Below, piece by piece: positions 1 through 12,588 of a stretch of DNA of 64,000 nt. The stretch's first letter is position 1. The number at the start of each line of letters is the position of its first letter. The notes under the pieces were generated by a model. It had not been told where the DNA came from. It ran no database searches and saw only the letters and a list, made by a program, of their open reading frames with translations. Origin of the DNA: Octopus bimaculoides (taxonomy: Eukaryota); NCBI RefSeq assembly GCF_001194135.2, contig NC_068992.1, forward strand, positions 27,460,724 through 27,524,723. Direction: 5' to 3'. Position numbers and translations under genes: made by a program.

Positions 1-491
1 ATCAATCAAGTAACTTGATCTGATCACACGCAAAAACAATGTAGTGGGAGGAAATGTATTCAACAACGTTATTACTGTTATTAAAAAAACAAACCTTACT
101 ATGGAAGAATTTTGATTTTTGCAACTCCCCCAAATGGGTAATAGTGTCATACGTACGAAGACTAGCTCACATTGTCAAAAAAAAAAGTGCAGTTGTGAGA
201 CAATCATGTCTTTCTCCTAAACAATAATTCTTTCTAATTTTGGGCACAAGAACAGCAAATTTTTAGGGGAAGACGTCAGCAAATATCATCGACCCTAGTA
301 CTTAACTGAGGCTTTATTTTATAGACAGTCGAGGGATGAAAAGCAAAGCTGACCTCTGAGGAATTTGTGCTAAGTACGTAAAGAGCTGGAACAAATACCA
401 CAAGGCATTTTGTCCAATAATAGTCGATTGGTGTCTACAATAAATATATATAATGTTGATGCGAACAGGGAAAATAGAACTCAAAATATTA

Positions 492-524
<33 letters not shown>

Positions 525-582
525 ATGGGATAACGTGCCAATATAGCGATTCACCTAATACAGTACAACAGATCTACCTTAC

Positions 583-1509
583 TTCAGATTGTAGCATTAA
601 TTGTAGTAGTAGTAGTTATTTAGCCATGGTAGCAGACACCTAACATACAAGTTAGTCGGCTGAAAAATAGTTTCAACAGTAGCCATGTTTTCGACAATAT
701 TTCAGTGCGGGCATTTTACCCCAAATTGCATCATTTTGGAAACTATGTTAATAAGACAGTAGTTTCTTCCAGCTCCCTCCTTGCTGGTAAATGAGTACTG
801 GTACATCAGCAAGAAAAACCACAATACATAAACGAACAAGCCTGTACATGGTCATTCAACGCGCTAGAAGTAGCAGCCAAATTTCCATAAAATAACATCC
901 TGCTATCATAAAATGAAAGGACACAATAGGTAATGTAGTGATAATGTAGTCCTATATACTATAACAGGAAGAAAAAAAACTGGATCTTCACGGGCGGAAT
1001 TTTTTTCATTAAATGTCTGCTCGATAAGGGTTGATCTTGGCGCAAACAACAAATTGTTATTTTATGTTACAACCTAAATAAGGAAATAAAGCTGAAATGT
1101 GATTCACATCCATGCATGTTCAAAAGAAAAAATTTAAAAACTACTTCCTCTTCAGATTATCTCCAATAAGTAGATAACAGATTTTTGTTATATATACACT
1201 CATTACAATATTTTAACGAAACTGTCCCTTAAATATCAGTTGTTACCCAATGTTGGCCTAATAAAAGTATTAATATTAAATCAATTATAATTACTATTAA
1301 AATACTTGTTACATTTGTACACTATAAACATCTAATGTACCCACCCTACTGTCTGTCTGACAATATGACCCGATTATAAAATAACGAATACCGGTTCTCG
1401 TGACAGTGTAAATATTTACTTCTACGAAAAGCTTACATCTACATAACATCGACAGTTTCAATGATTACAAAAATGAAAAATATTCAGGAACTGTACTCAT
1501 CAATTTCAC
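583..1509 (-). other. Two candidate non-coding (5'UTR or lncRNA) exons, 1509-1437 and 639-583, of a gene running off the left edge
   Basis: ag acceptors and donors gtaagc and gtaagg; stops in all frames; next to CpG-rich 1.3-2.9 kb. Confidence 0.25.
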
Positions 1510-4500
1510 CTAATTAACATTTATTCATTCCAATGGTTTCCCTTAGTATAACTTGAAATATCTGTAACTCTTCCTTTAATAATTTTTTTCTTTAATAGTC
1601 AACAGAATGGAAACAACATTTATAGTATAAATACTGAGAGAAAAAACAGAATTGAAGAAAAAAAGTTTTTAAATTTCTCGACTGCCTGCTCGGAAACATG
1701 GCCTAAATCAATACAGATGTATACAAATGTGTGGTCTTGTGTTTAAATCATTTTAAAATTGTATGCCCTAAAAAAGTAATCAACGTCATAAACTCAAGCT
1801 ACGTGTCTATAAAATGCTTTGAATCATAGTTCAACAGTAGGAAAAATAATATACAGAGAGGACTTATAATTCAGCAAAATCAAAATATTTGTTATTTATA
1901 TTGGAAGTCACATGGGAGGATGAAAACAAAGACGGGATAAATTAACTATAAATGCTTTAAATAATAGACGAAGATATACAATTATGAACATGTAAAGTGA
2001 TTAATATTACCGTCTGTAGAAGAAAGCAGAATCCTAAAATAAATGTGAGCGATTCTCCCGGACAAAATTGGAGGTGTTGGAGAACTTAAGGCCTCGCCAT
2101 ATTACAACTAATGAACTATGGGATTGATAGTGAAAAGCGTGATGGCGGGAAAACTTGCTATTTGACAAATTGTAATTATTTTCAGTTTATTTAACTAGTA
2201 TACTATACTAGGCTAAGTTAGATAATATCGAGAAATTTCTAGTTAACTAATAATAATAATTTAGCATGTCGATTTGTCTACAATATCTTTTAAAACGAAT
2301 TCCTGTGGTATGTATCATTGTCATGCAAACATATATAAACAAACAGCATCACGCAGTCTCAACTTGAAAAAAATTAGTAGCAACCTCACTCAAACCATAC
2401 CGAACCTCTTTAATAAAAAAAATTTATATTGGACAACAAAAGCGGTGATATGAACGGAAAATGTTTGGGAGACAAGTTGATATTAAGTCTACTCAAACAT
2501 TGTAAACATAACGTCAACTATGTAGGCGGGGATGTGTCATCTTTTAACGTCTGTTTTCCATGCTGGTATGGATTAGACGCTGTGACAGTATCTGACGGGT
2601 CGGAAACTTCGTCGTGCTCCTGCTTTGACCTGGTTTCTCCGACGGAATACCCTTCCTAAAGGCAACCACTTTTCGAAGTTGTAAAAGGCTTCTTTTTTCT
2701 TTTTCTTTTTTTTCGTGACAACCAGCACGAATGGAACCGCCCTGTCATTCGCAAGACCAAGATCCCCTTCAACTGAGCGGGACTACAACTGAGAGAAAGA
2801 TATATTTATGCTAGATGATGAGAGATTAAAGTATGAAAGAAGGGGCTTCGGAACAGCTTTCTTGCCGTGGCGAGGACACGTCAGCTAATCGCATTACACG
2901 AGAGTTGTTGGGAGTAATAAGGGTGGAAGCTAGAAAGAGCAGTAAAGATGACAGTAGAAAGATGTCAGGATGGGTCCTAAAAACAAAAGAACAAGGTAGA
3001 CAAGCAGAGGTTGCAACAGTATGAAAACAATGTGGAATGGTTAGAGATGGTGAAGATCCAATACACTGAATGATGAACAAGTGCTGAGAGGTGACTGGGG
3101 GTAAAGGTAGTGGTGAGGAGATGGGTTATCAGTAAATCATGAATTCAAGGGAAAGTTAAGGAGGATAGGTGCTAACTGGCAGTACAGAGGTGATGAAGAG
3201 AAACTCAACAATAATAATAATCCTTTCTGGTGTAGGCACAAGGCCTAAAATTTGCGGGGGGGGGGGAGATTGGTTGACTCCAGTGTTTCACTGGAACTTA
3301 ATTTATCAACCCAGAAAGGATGAAAGGTAAGTCGACCTTGGGTAGACAGAAGGTTGATAGAAAGAAAGATGATGTGTGGGAGGGTTGCAAAAGTGTGAGG
3401 GGAGAGTGAGAGATGTGTAGTGATCGTGGAAAAACAAAAGAGGTGGTTTAGCCTGAGATAAGTTGGTATAGAACAGTTAGCAATGTAATGTGATAGACAA
3501 ACAGATACACCAGAGTGAGATAAGTTCAAAAAGAAGCTATGTCTGGCCACTTAGAACTCAAAGATAAATCTGGGAGTGGAAAAATATTTAATCAATGATA
3601 TTAGTCTGAAAAAATATATATATTCTATTTCACCTAAGGCTCATTGGGAACTTGGGAACAAAAGTTTGGGAAGAATTCATTTATAATGTGCAGCAAGAGG
3701 GAGAAACGGAAAACAAGGAAAATTATACAGACAAACACACATCTAAACATATAATGTAAATGCACACACACAGATACATGTACACAAAAATAAAAATATA
3801 TATACACATACAGATGTGCCAACCCTCACTTCTTTTCAAGTAAGGTAATACTTCCCTATGCCCTGGGATGTTTTGGTCAGCCCGGGGTTATTATAGTAAA
3901 GGATACTTGTCCAAGATGTCATTCAATGCAACTGAATCCAAGACAAGTTTCTTGACTGCATGTCCACACTTGTGTTAATATATACATATGTGTGTGTACA
4001 ATCATATCTATACCCATTATGCATGCACACACACATATATAATAGGTAAGAATACATCAAAAAGGTACATAATATAGACAATTAGTGCTCAGAACAGACA
4101 AGATACCTAAAATCCACTTTCAAATAAAGGGAAATAGAATCCAGCCAAACAAAAATTAGCTATAAGCAATGTACTGGTTGAGCAAATGAAAGTACAATGA
4201 GATAAAAGATGGACAAGCAATTAATGGTACCAAGGCATTTATAAAATACAGAAGCAAGTATAAATACAATTAAGCAGAAAGGAAAATCAAGAAAGTGAAA
4301 GTTCATTGTAATTCTTCATAGAAAGATAAAAATCCTGAAAGTTCATACTCTAATATCAAAGATAAAAGAGAGAAACATTAGAGGAATGCTTCGTAGTAGT
4401 TCTTCATATTTAGGTAGGTGAATATATCTGCTAAGTTCATTTTCAAACTTCACAAATAACAGAAAGGAGGATACAGGTAATCCTTTACAACTGTTTCGGG

Positions 4501-5155
4501 GTTTGGTGCTCAGTAAATGCAGTAATGTTAACTCTCTTAACACTCACCCCACCATCAGAAGGGGATAAAGTCTGAGCAGCCCATTAAAATACTATATTAC
4601 TTTATAATAAAATGCAACTAGGCTACATAAGAATATGGACATGGACAAAAATCAAAATAACAAAAAAAATCTTCCCTAAATAAACCCTTCAGATGAAATG
4701 GAAGAATTAGAAAATATATTTTTGGTTTGTCTCATGAAAAAGAAAATGTGGATCATATTTATTCAAATCTACCGAATGTTTAATCTACGTCATTTACTAG
4801 GTAAAAGAGTAAAGTATAAACTCTCTCTTTTAAACAATTCTATGGTAGAAATAGCTGAACAAAACAGGCCCATCACCTTAGGCATATCATATGTATATAT
4901 CATCAGTAGTTCATATATCCAAAAAAGAAGCACACTCTAAAAAATTAAAGCAGTAGTATATCTTTTTTGGAAGTTGATTGTTATGGCCAGTCAGAGAGTA
5001 GCCATTGGTTTTTGCACCGATAAAGCACTTGACCGTACAGGCAACTCATCAGACTCAAATGGTTGAAAGCACAAGAGGTTATGTGCCTTCAGCCATTTGA
5101 GTCTGACAAGTTGCCTAAGCACTTTATATGGCTAAGCACTTTATAGGTGCAAAAC

Positions 5156-5485
5156 TAGGCCTAGCCAACTCGAATTACACTGCGGGCCACTTTAATCACA
5201 AAGTTTTTTTCAGGGTCGCTTGTATACCTACAGAATTGAAAGAATTTTGCTTTCTCGTGTTATTATTACAATAATGAATGAATGATTGCTGATTCAACAT
5301 GAAATATTATCGTTGGAAAAACAGTAGTATTTTTCTTCTTTACTTTTCATTACAATCTTTAATTTTTGATAACATTTTTTAAACGTTTGTTTAAATAAAC
5401 CCATTTCAAGAAAGTATCAAAAGGGCTGCAAGATAAAAGTCTGCAGGCCGCATGCAGCCTGTGGGCCTCAGGTTGGCCAGTCCTG
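5156..5485. mobile_element. hAT-type MITE
   Basis: Termini taggcctagccaac / gttggccagtcctg; subterminal gcgggccac / ggccgcatgcagcc motifs; possible TSD tgcaaaac/ttcaaaag. Confidence 0.6.
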
Positions 5486-5544
5486 TTCAAAAGCAAAGGT
5501 CACTCTGACTGGCCGTAACAATCAACTTCCAGACACAACAGTAC

Positions 5545-5823
5545 TCTTTTACTCTTTCACTTGTTTCAGTGATTTGACTATGGCCATGCTGGAGCACTGC
5601 TTTTAGTTGAGCAAATCGACCCCAGGACTTATTCTTTGTAAGCCTAGTACTTATTCTATCAGTCTCTTTTGCCGAACCACTAAGTTACGGGGACGTAAAC
5701 ACACCAGCATCGGTTGTCAAGCAATGTTGCGGGGACAAACACAGACACACAAACATATACACACACATATATATACGACAGGCTTCTTTCAGTTTCCGTC
5801 CACCAAATCCACTCACAAGGCTT
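5545..5823 (-). mobile_element. SINE copy (11279 family), truncated by a gap
   Basis: Reverse complement of about 11400-11712. Confidence 0.85.
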
Positions 5824-6136
5824 NNNNNNNNNNNNNNNNNNNNNNNNNNNNNNNNNNNNNNNNNNNNNNNNNNNNNNNNNNNNNNNNNNNNNNNNNNNNN
5901 NNNNNNNNNNNNNNNNNNNNNNNNNNNNNNNNNNNNNNNNNNNNNNNNNNNNNNNNNNNNNNNNNNNNNNNNNNNNNNNNNNNNNNNNNNNNNNNNNNNN
6001 NNNNNNNNNNNNNNNNNNNNNNNNNNNNNNNNNNNNNNNNNNNNNNNNNNNNNNNNNNNNNNNNNNNNNNNNNNNNNNNNNNNNNNNNNNNNNNNNNNNN
6101 NNNNNNNNNNNAAAACGCATATTTTAACTGAATACT

Positions 6137-6142
6137 TTTATT
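6137..6142 (-). terminator. Polyadenylation signal AATAAA of predicted micro-exon gene
   Basis: Plus-strand tttatt about 115 nt downstream of the predicted stop. Confidence 0.45.
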
Positions 6143-6254
6143 TCCAACATATGTTTCAAAGATTACAAATTATACATTCCATGAGAAGGTATATTTACTC
6201 AAGTACCCAAAATAACAAGGAGTTTCTACCTCATAAACAGGAGTTACACCACAG

Positions 6255-6320
6255 TTATTTTGTGATCTTTGCTACCCTGGTATCTATTAACCAATTTATT
6301 TTGTCCGGGTTAATTATTAA
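6255..6320 (-). CDS. Terminal coding exon 7 (LIINPDKINWLIDTRVAKITK*)
   Basis: Strong acceptor atgtatttattttctcctag; TAA at 6257-6255. Confidence 0.6.
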   Translation of the reverse strand, partial: LIINPDKINWLIDTRVAKITK

Positions 6321-6348
6321 CTAGGAGAAAATAAATACATATAATAAA

Positions 6349-6383
<35 letters not shown>

Positions 6384-9300
6384 TTTATATCACATGTATT
6401 TATATTACCTACATATATATTGAATGTGAGTGTATGTGTGCACCGTTGAATCTCTTTAAACATTGGGACTTGGTCAATGCTAGAATACAGAATATGCTGC
6501 ACCACAGAATTTGACCTTTAAAATCTTAACAGAACTTTTAAGTAACCACATGCATATTTTACATATATATTGCAGTGTTATCAATGGTGTAAGTGGCTTA
6601 AAACTGGAAACAATAAAATTAAAAAAGCCTCATTTGCAAATATTAAAAGTATACAGTTTCATGTAATATGAAACCCCAAACCAAAAATAAATCGTTAAGT
6701 ACCTGTAGTATAAGACTACATCCGAAATCAGCTAAGTCTTTCCATTCAGCAGTGTCTGCATGTGCACATTAGGAGCAAGGGAATTGCAATAAAGTAGATT
6801 TTCTACATTGAAATGAGTCCTAACAATCTTATTAATCATCTTTCTGAACTTCTGTTGCAATGTAGTCATGATTTGTAAAATGTAAAGGATTACCACACTT
6901 GATGGCATATAAGGCGCACTCTTTTTTTTTTTTCAAGAAAAGTGTCTCAAGAGTTTACCCTAGGTCCTATATTTCAAGTCAGGCCTTCAATACAAGCTTT
7001 TGATACCAACCCAGTTGAAACCACTTCTGGCTCTGTAGTACAAATGTTTTGCTTTCAAAAATTCTGAATTAAAATCTTCCACCAAACCTTAGTCGCAGTT
7101 TATGCTCCTAACACAATCTTAATGATTACTAAGTTATTTTACTAAATTCTTTGTTATATTTAAAATTAATTGAAAGAAACAGAGCATCTCAACAGAAATA
7201 TTGCTAAGAAAAGGTTTAATGCACTAAGAACTTTTTTATCCTGAATATGTGCTGTTGAAATTAGATTGTATGTAATATGCCTGTGCATCTTTTATGCCAT
7301 CAAATATGGTAATTAGCTCATTCAAATAAAAAGGAAAAGAGAGAAAAAAGTTGATGCAAAACTGAATGTTTAAAAGTAGTGAACTACAAGTTATACAGTG
7401 AATGTGACTTGAATGCCGCATTATTCAAACATATGACATCAAACTTACTAGTGAAAATATCATTAAACCACCACAGAGAATGAGAATAGTTAACTACTGT
7501 GAAGGGAATGAACATATTTAGATGTGATATATGTAAGATGAATTTATTATTCATCATTATAGGTAGGAGCAGGGATCAATAAAATATCAGAAATATTGAG
7601 ATAAAGCAAAATTAATAAGAAATGAGAGACACCTCACCCTTATCTTTATGCAGGAATGAAAGAACAGCAAATAGGCATTCAGTCTAGAAAATACATAAAC
7701 TATATATGAATATGCAGTTTGAACAATCTGCTCTCTCTCTCAGTAGAATCAATACATTCACTATACTATATCCCTATAAAAATATATAAAGTACATGGAT
7801 ATTATTGCATGTATTTACACAAACGTATACACACTAGCAATATATGTGCAGTAATAAACTTCATATAGGCATATCATCAGTAAATGATTTCTGTTGGAGT
7901 TTTCAACAGGGTTTTTTTTTTTATGGGATGTAAAAGAACTCCAGAAAGCTTATTTCATTTTAGCATTCACCTGTTGGTCAATTCTTTGAATTTGGATTAT
8001 GGTAATCCTGCATAAATTTATTATTTCAAGCATACATTTTATATTATTTGTAACAGATATGAAGTGGCAAGCTGACAGAATCATTATCACACCAGGCAAA
8101 ATGTTTTGTGGTATTTTGTCCGTTTGTCTTTCATCCTTTCATTTTCAATAAAATAAATACCAGTTACACACTAGGTGGATGTAATAGACTAGCCCTTCCC
8201 CCCCCCCAAAAAAAAAATTTTCAGACCTTGTGTCTTTAGTAGAAGGGATTATTTGTAACAGATACATCATTTTTTTGTTAAAATTTTTATTTGTATTTCA
8301 AGGGCCTGCTGTAAAAGGAAATAACAAAGATATCACTAAATCTGAGACTATCATTTTCCTGTCTTTAAAATTCATTTATAATTTAATTGCATGCTAAGAT
8401 AGTGTTCATCCAAAAAAAAAAAAATGCTATATTCTTTAGAGTATGTTTGTCTCAGTCTTCTGTGTATGTATGTATGCCTGTTATCGTGTTTTGTCTGCAT
8501 ACTTGTGCACATGCATTCACTATTTGATGTATGATTTTGTTTGTGAGTTTTGGATGTTTGTCTGTTTTTGTATGTGTGTATTTGGTCCTACACACATGCA
8601 TTATTTTCTATAATCTCTGTTCAGCCTAAGGAGAGGAACTATTTTCCTATGCTCAGAAATGTATTGCAAGTAGTTTTAGGCAAAAGGCTTCATGTTTAAG
8701 AGAACATTAGTCGAAATATTTTTTCGCTACAATGAACAGTTTACGAAAAATTGAAGAAACACTGAGACTGTAAACTTTAATGTTGTATGACTAACAAATT
8801 GGTTTGATACAAGAAAATAATCTATTCCTTTTGTTGAAATATTTTCACTAAACTTTACTCTCAATTTCTATACCATTAATCTTAACGCTTTCAGACATTA
8901 ATACATGTATAAGGTATTGTAAAAGCCAGGAGGACATATATATATAACACATACATATACATGTATACACCTGTATTCAGTGAAGTAGAGGCAAAAGAAG
9001 AACCTTCTTATATGAAACCAAATCTTTAGGGGTTATTTCTAATTAAATTAAATGTAACACAACACAATTATTCCCCACTTCTAAAAAATAAAAAGTGCTG
9101 AAATATACATGTATACGTAGACATATGGTCAAACGTATATATAATGTATAATAGTGTGTGTAATCAATAGAGTTAAATCCACACAACATTTTATTAGTCA
9201 TCTTGATAAAATGATTGTCCACCACATCAAATGATGACTTATTCTTTCACTTAAGAATCTTTATTTACTGTATATTTCAAGCCTTGATATACATCTTTGT

Positions 9301-9482
9301 ATGAAACATCATTAAGAACAGAAGGTAATGACGTTTTTCACTCTTAATTGCTTGTTGTTCCTCTTCACGTGGACTTCAACTAACCTTTGAATTACTTCTT
9401 TGGCCAACGTGCCAGGTAATAGCTGCAGAAAGCCATATGAGAGAGATACAAGTCAAACATGTATACTACATAATCAAACCAT
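6255..9482 (-). CDS. Predicted 7-exon micro-exon gene encoding a 96-aa protein of unknown family
   Basis: Manual model complement(join(6255..6320,6703..6755,7449..7496,7638..7683,7971..8007,9385..9422,9480..9482)). All introns are GT-AG (donors gtttga, gttagt, gtgaat, gtgagg, gtaagt, gtactt). 291 nt, one uninterrupted frame: MLLPGTLAKEVIQRITIIQIQRIDQQTECLFAVLSFLHKDKVVNYSHSLWWFNDIFTNTAEWKDLADFGCSLILQLIINPDKINWLIDTRVAKITK*. AATAAA lies about 115 nt after the stop. Confidence 0.6.
6703..6755 (-). CDS. Exon 6 (53 nt, NTAEWKDLADFGCSLILQ)
   Basis: Acceptor tgcacatgcag, donor CAG|gtactt; the only open frame is phase 1 to 0. Confidence 0.55.
6990..7218. mobile_element. Putative MITE in intron 5 of the micro-exon gene (piggyBac-like ends)
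   Basis: Ends cttttgatacc...aaaaggtttaa; related decayed copy at about 28040-28290. Confidence 0.45.
7449..7496 (-). CDS. Exon 5 (48 nt, VVNYSHSLWWFNDIFT)
   Basis: Acceptor ttcattcccttcacag, donor gtaagt; the only open frame is phase 1 to 1. Confidence 0.6.
7638..7683 (-). CDS. Exon 4 (46 nt, TECLFAVLSFLHKDK)
   Basis: Acceptor gtttatgtattttctag, donor AGG|gtgagg; phase 0 to 1. Confidence 0.6.
7971..8007 (-). CDS. Exon 3 (37 nt, RITIIQIQRIDQQ)
   Basis: Acceptor aatttatgcag, donor CAG|gtgaat; the only open frame is phase 2 to 0. Confidence 0.55.
9385..9422 (-). CDS. Exon 2 of predicted micro-exon gene (38 nt, LLPGTLAKEVIQ)
   Basis: Acceptor ctctctcatatggctttctgcag, donor gttagt; phase 0 to 2. 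Confidence 0.6.
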
Positions 9483-9720
9483 CTTAGTCGACGACTGGTA
9501 CAGTGTGGATTCAATAGTACTTGTTTTGATTCAACAGAAAATTTCGGTATGCATAATCGAATCTTGACAGGTGACTGAAAGAATCTAACGGAGACATTGG
9601 ACCTAAAAGAACTTCAGAAAGTCTGCTTTGGACAATGGAAACACAAAATTCTGCGTAGCTGAAACTCTGGTACGGAGGGTGAGATGATTGTGTAGTAAGC
9701 CTCGTTTTTTTTATTATTTT
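9470..9720. promoter_or_regulatory. CpG-rich candidate bidirectional promoter / first-exon region
   Basis: Cluster of CpGs in non-repeat DNA. Minus-strand ACTAAGATG|gt at 9482-9480 and plus-strand donor GAGG|gtgaga at 9678/9679. Confidence 0.35.
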
Positions 9721-10150
9721 TTTTATCTCTCTAAAGGATATAAAGATAAAGACGTCTCTGATACAATTTATAACCTTCTCACCCAGTCAGTAAAAATTTT
9801 GCTGCAAGGGTATCTAAGTTGGAAGAGGTAATTAGTCAGTGCTACTGTATTGAGAGAGTAGGGAAGGGAGAGGTAGATCTAGTGCGCTACTGACAGACAA
9901 CTTCATTTTTCTGCTATCAAGTCAGTCCCATTCTTTTGTAAGCTATTAACAGCTGCCGAGACGATAGCTCAGGGAGCTTTTAGTCAGTGAGCTGAGCTGT
10001 CGTAGCATGGTTTATAAAGCAACCTTCTGATGATAAAACGGTTCCAAACAGGACAGAATTTAAATAGGGACTCTCACAATTCTTTTCATCTTTCTATATC
10101 ACAGTGGTCACATAAACAGAGACCATATTAAATAATATAGGAAACAGAAT

Positions 10151-10364
10151 GAAGCTTTGCCTGAATCGTTAGCACGTCGGACAAAATGTGAAGTGGCATT
10201 TCGTCCGTCTTTACGTTCTGAGTTCAAATTCCGCCGAGGTCGACTTTGCCTTTCATCCTTCTGGAGTCGATGTAACGAGTACCAGTTGAGCCCTGGGGTC
10301 GATGTAATTGACAAATACCCCTCCCCCAAGAATTTCAGGCCTCGTGCCTATAGTAGAAAGGATT
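10151..10364 (+). mobile_element. About 220-bp tRNA-derived SINE
   Basis: B box gagttcaaattcc. Many copies: about 235-420(-), 3225-3340(-), 8060-8250(+), 14670-14865(+), 16110-16265(-), 16890-17080(+), 24990-25200(-), 27850-27990(+), 32575-32790(-), 43265-43480(-). Confidence 0.88.
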
Positions 10365-10419
10365 TTTACAATGCAGAGATTTTCAACAATAACTTGAATC
10401 ATTATCAGTACATAAAAAA

Positions 10420-10575
10420 GCAGAGAAAATTCCCGAAGTTAGGCGGGCAACCGAATTTTCTGGGAACACTCTGCCACTCTGCATAAGTCTCTTGTTTACA
10501 TTATCAAACACCTTTGACAGAGCCACGAATACAATGAATATGTCTTGTTCCCTGTATTTCTCTTAAAGGTGCATT
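10420..10575 (-). mobile_element. LINE RT fragment (RTE-BovB-like)
   Basis: EKYREQDIFIVFVALSKVFDNVN, similar to the FVDLTKAFDTV motif. Confidence 0.6.
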
Positions 10576-11278
10576 GTAAGGACGATTACACACAAAACTT
10601 GATGCACAAGTATTCACATGCTGCATAGTTGATGTACAGCATGTTAAAATATAGTAACTATGTGTGTGGGTGTGTGCATACCACGTTTACTTCAATAGAA
10701 AATGTTGAATCACTAAAATATTGTTAGTATTGTTTAGTTTAAGCATTAGTTCACAATACTTTCTAAATGCATGTCCTCATTAAGAGGCAAAAAGACAATC
10801 AAACTAACAAGAATATGTTAATGTTTAATTAGAATGAATTCGGGGCATCATAAAAGTTGGTACAATACGTCTATGATATATGCACACGATGTTGTCAAAT
10901 AGCTTTTGATTAAATCTTCTTAACTTCCAATGCAAAACGGAAACGACCCCTTTGAACACCCAGCACCCCATATATCACTCCTTGACATCTTTTGTCCCTT
11001 GTAAATTCAGAACGTGGGAGTTTGTGTTTTTTGTTTGCTTGCTTTTAGTTTTTGTCTTTTTATGAGACTCCACTGTGAAGGGAAAGATAGAAATTATTTC
11101 GAATTTTGTACTAAATTCGTTATCGTTTCTCTTACCCCCCACTCCACTTCATGTATTTTGTTTTCCATCTTTAGATTTTGTTAGCTTATATAGATGGAAT
11201 ATAAAAAAAACCCAGTCCGAATGGCAAAAGAGAAAGCAAACCAATAAGTTGTTTGTGAAAAGTGAAGAAAAAATTACA

Positions 11279-11445
11279 TAGGCGTAGGAATGGCTGTGTG
11301 GTAAGTAGCTTGCTTACAAACCACATGGTTCCGGGTTCAGTCCCACTGCGTGGCACCTTGGGCAAGTGTTTTCTACTATAGCCTCGGGCCGACCAAAGCC
11401 TTGTGAGTGGATTTGGTAGACGGAAACTGAAAGAAGCCCATCGTA

Positions 11446-11499
<54 letters not shown>

Positions 11500-11713
11500 A
11501 GCGTGTGTACGTTTGTGTGTCTGTGTTTGTCCCCCCAACATCGATTGACAACCGATACTGGTGTGTTTACGTCCCCGTAACTTAGCGGTTCGGCAAAAGA
11601 GACCGATAGGATAAATACTAGGCTTACAAAGAATAAGTCCTGGGGTCGATATGCTCGACTAAAGGCGGTGCTCCAGCATGGCTGCAGTCAAATGACTGAA
11701 ACAAGTAAAAGAG
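11279..11713 (+). mobile_element. tRNA-derived SINE with internal (TA)n microsatellite
   Basis: Head ggctgtgtggtaag...gggttcagtccc and CORE-like ccttgggcaagtg. Other copies at about 5545-5823(-), 15710-16095(+), 31050-31410(+), 33485-33660(-), 51975-52365(-), 54040-54235(-), 55420-55560(-), 61385-61650. Confidence 0.88.
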
Positions 11714-12526
11714 CCCTGACAGGATTTAAATGTTGAAAGTTTCATTTTCGTCTAAATGACGAATTAAAACCGAAGTGGATGCAACAGTGAAATGTCGATG
11801 ATAAGGTTTTAAAACACAATAATGCTTTCCTTATTGTTTCTTCTAAAAAAAAAAAAAGGAAAAACAACAAGATTACGTCATTGTATTTTAATTTAATTTC
11901 TTGTTTCCTTAAATGTTTTGTAGGCTTTAAGAATCTTAAATTGAAGCTTAATGTTTTAAGACTCAATAGTTTCTCTATTGCTCCTTCGTTCACACCCAGA
12001 AAGAGAACAAATTAATATTTACAAAAGGCAGAACAAAATCTGCATTTACTAACAGATAACTTTAAAATAATAAATTTTCAGCCTTAATTCTGAATTCTCA
12101 TCAATAAAAATACAAACATATTTTATTTCGGTAAACATGGAGTAGACAGTGTTTACGCCTTCGCAAAAGCATTTACTTTCGCTGGGGATTTTCCATACGA
12201 AATTTACTGGTTTTCACTTTCGCTAGTGATTTACCTAATCTTTGATACATATGGGCATAGAGATGATTGAGCATTTGAAAAGAAACTTTTAGCTATTCTA
12301 TAACTTTGTTTATTTCATGGATTTATCATTCTATTCCATAAAAATACTTTGATTTGCAATAATTTATGGCAAACTAGCTTAAAAGTCGACTTGGAACTTA
12401 TTGCAAAGCTTCATGATAAACATTTTTTGTCTTCCCATTCGGAGGCAGTACATTTTTTTTTTTTTTTTTTNNNNNNNNNNNNNNNNNNNNNNNNNNNNNN
12501 NNNNNNNNNNNNNNNNNNNNNNNNNN

Positions 12527-12588
<62 letters not shown>

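Noticed and set aside
6703-6755. DFGCS as a protein-kinase DFG motif (Mos-like)
   Set aside because: No HRD/HxD, VAIK or APE motifs in the flanking exons
7497-7637. snoRNA host gene hypothesis for the short-exon gene
   Set aside because: No correctly ordered C/D boxes or H/ACA structure found in the introns, and the exons keep an open frame
9310-9422. Read-through frame LLPGTLAKEVIQRLVEVHVKRNNKQLRVKNVITFCS* as a terminal exon
   Set aside because: An internal donor (gttagt at 9384) links in frame to five further exons and a polyA signal; read-through may still exist as a minor isoform
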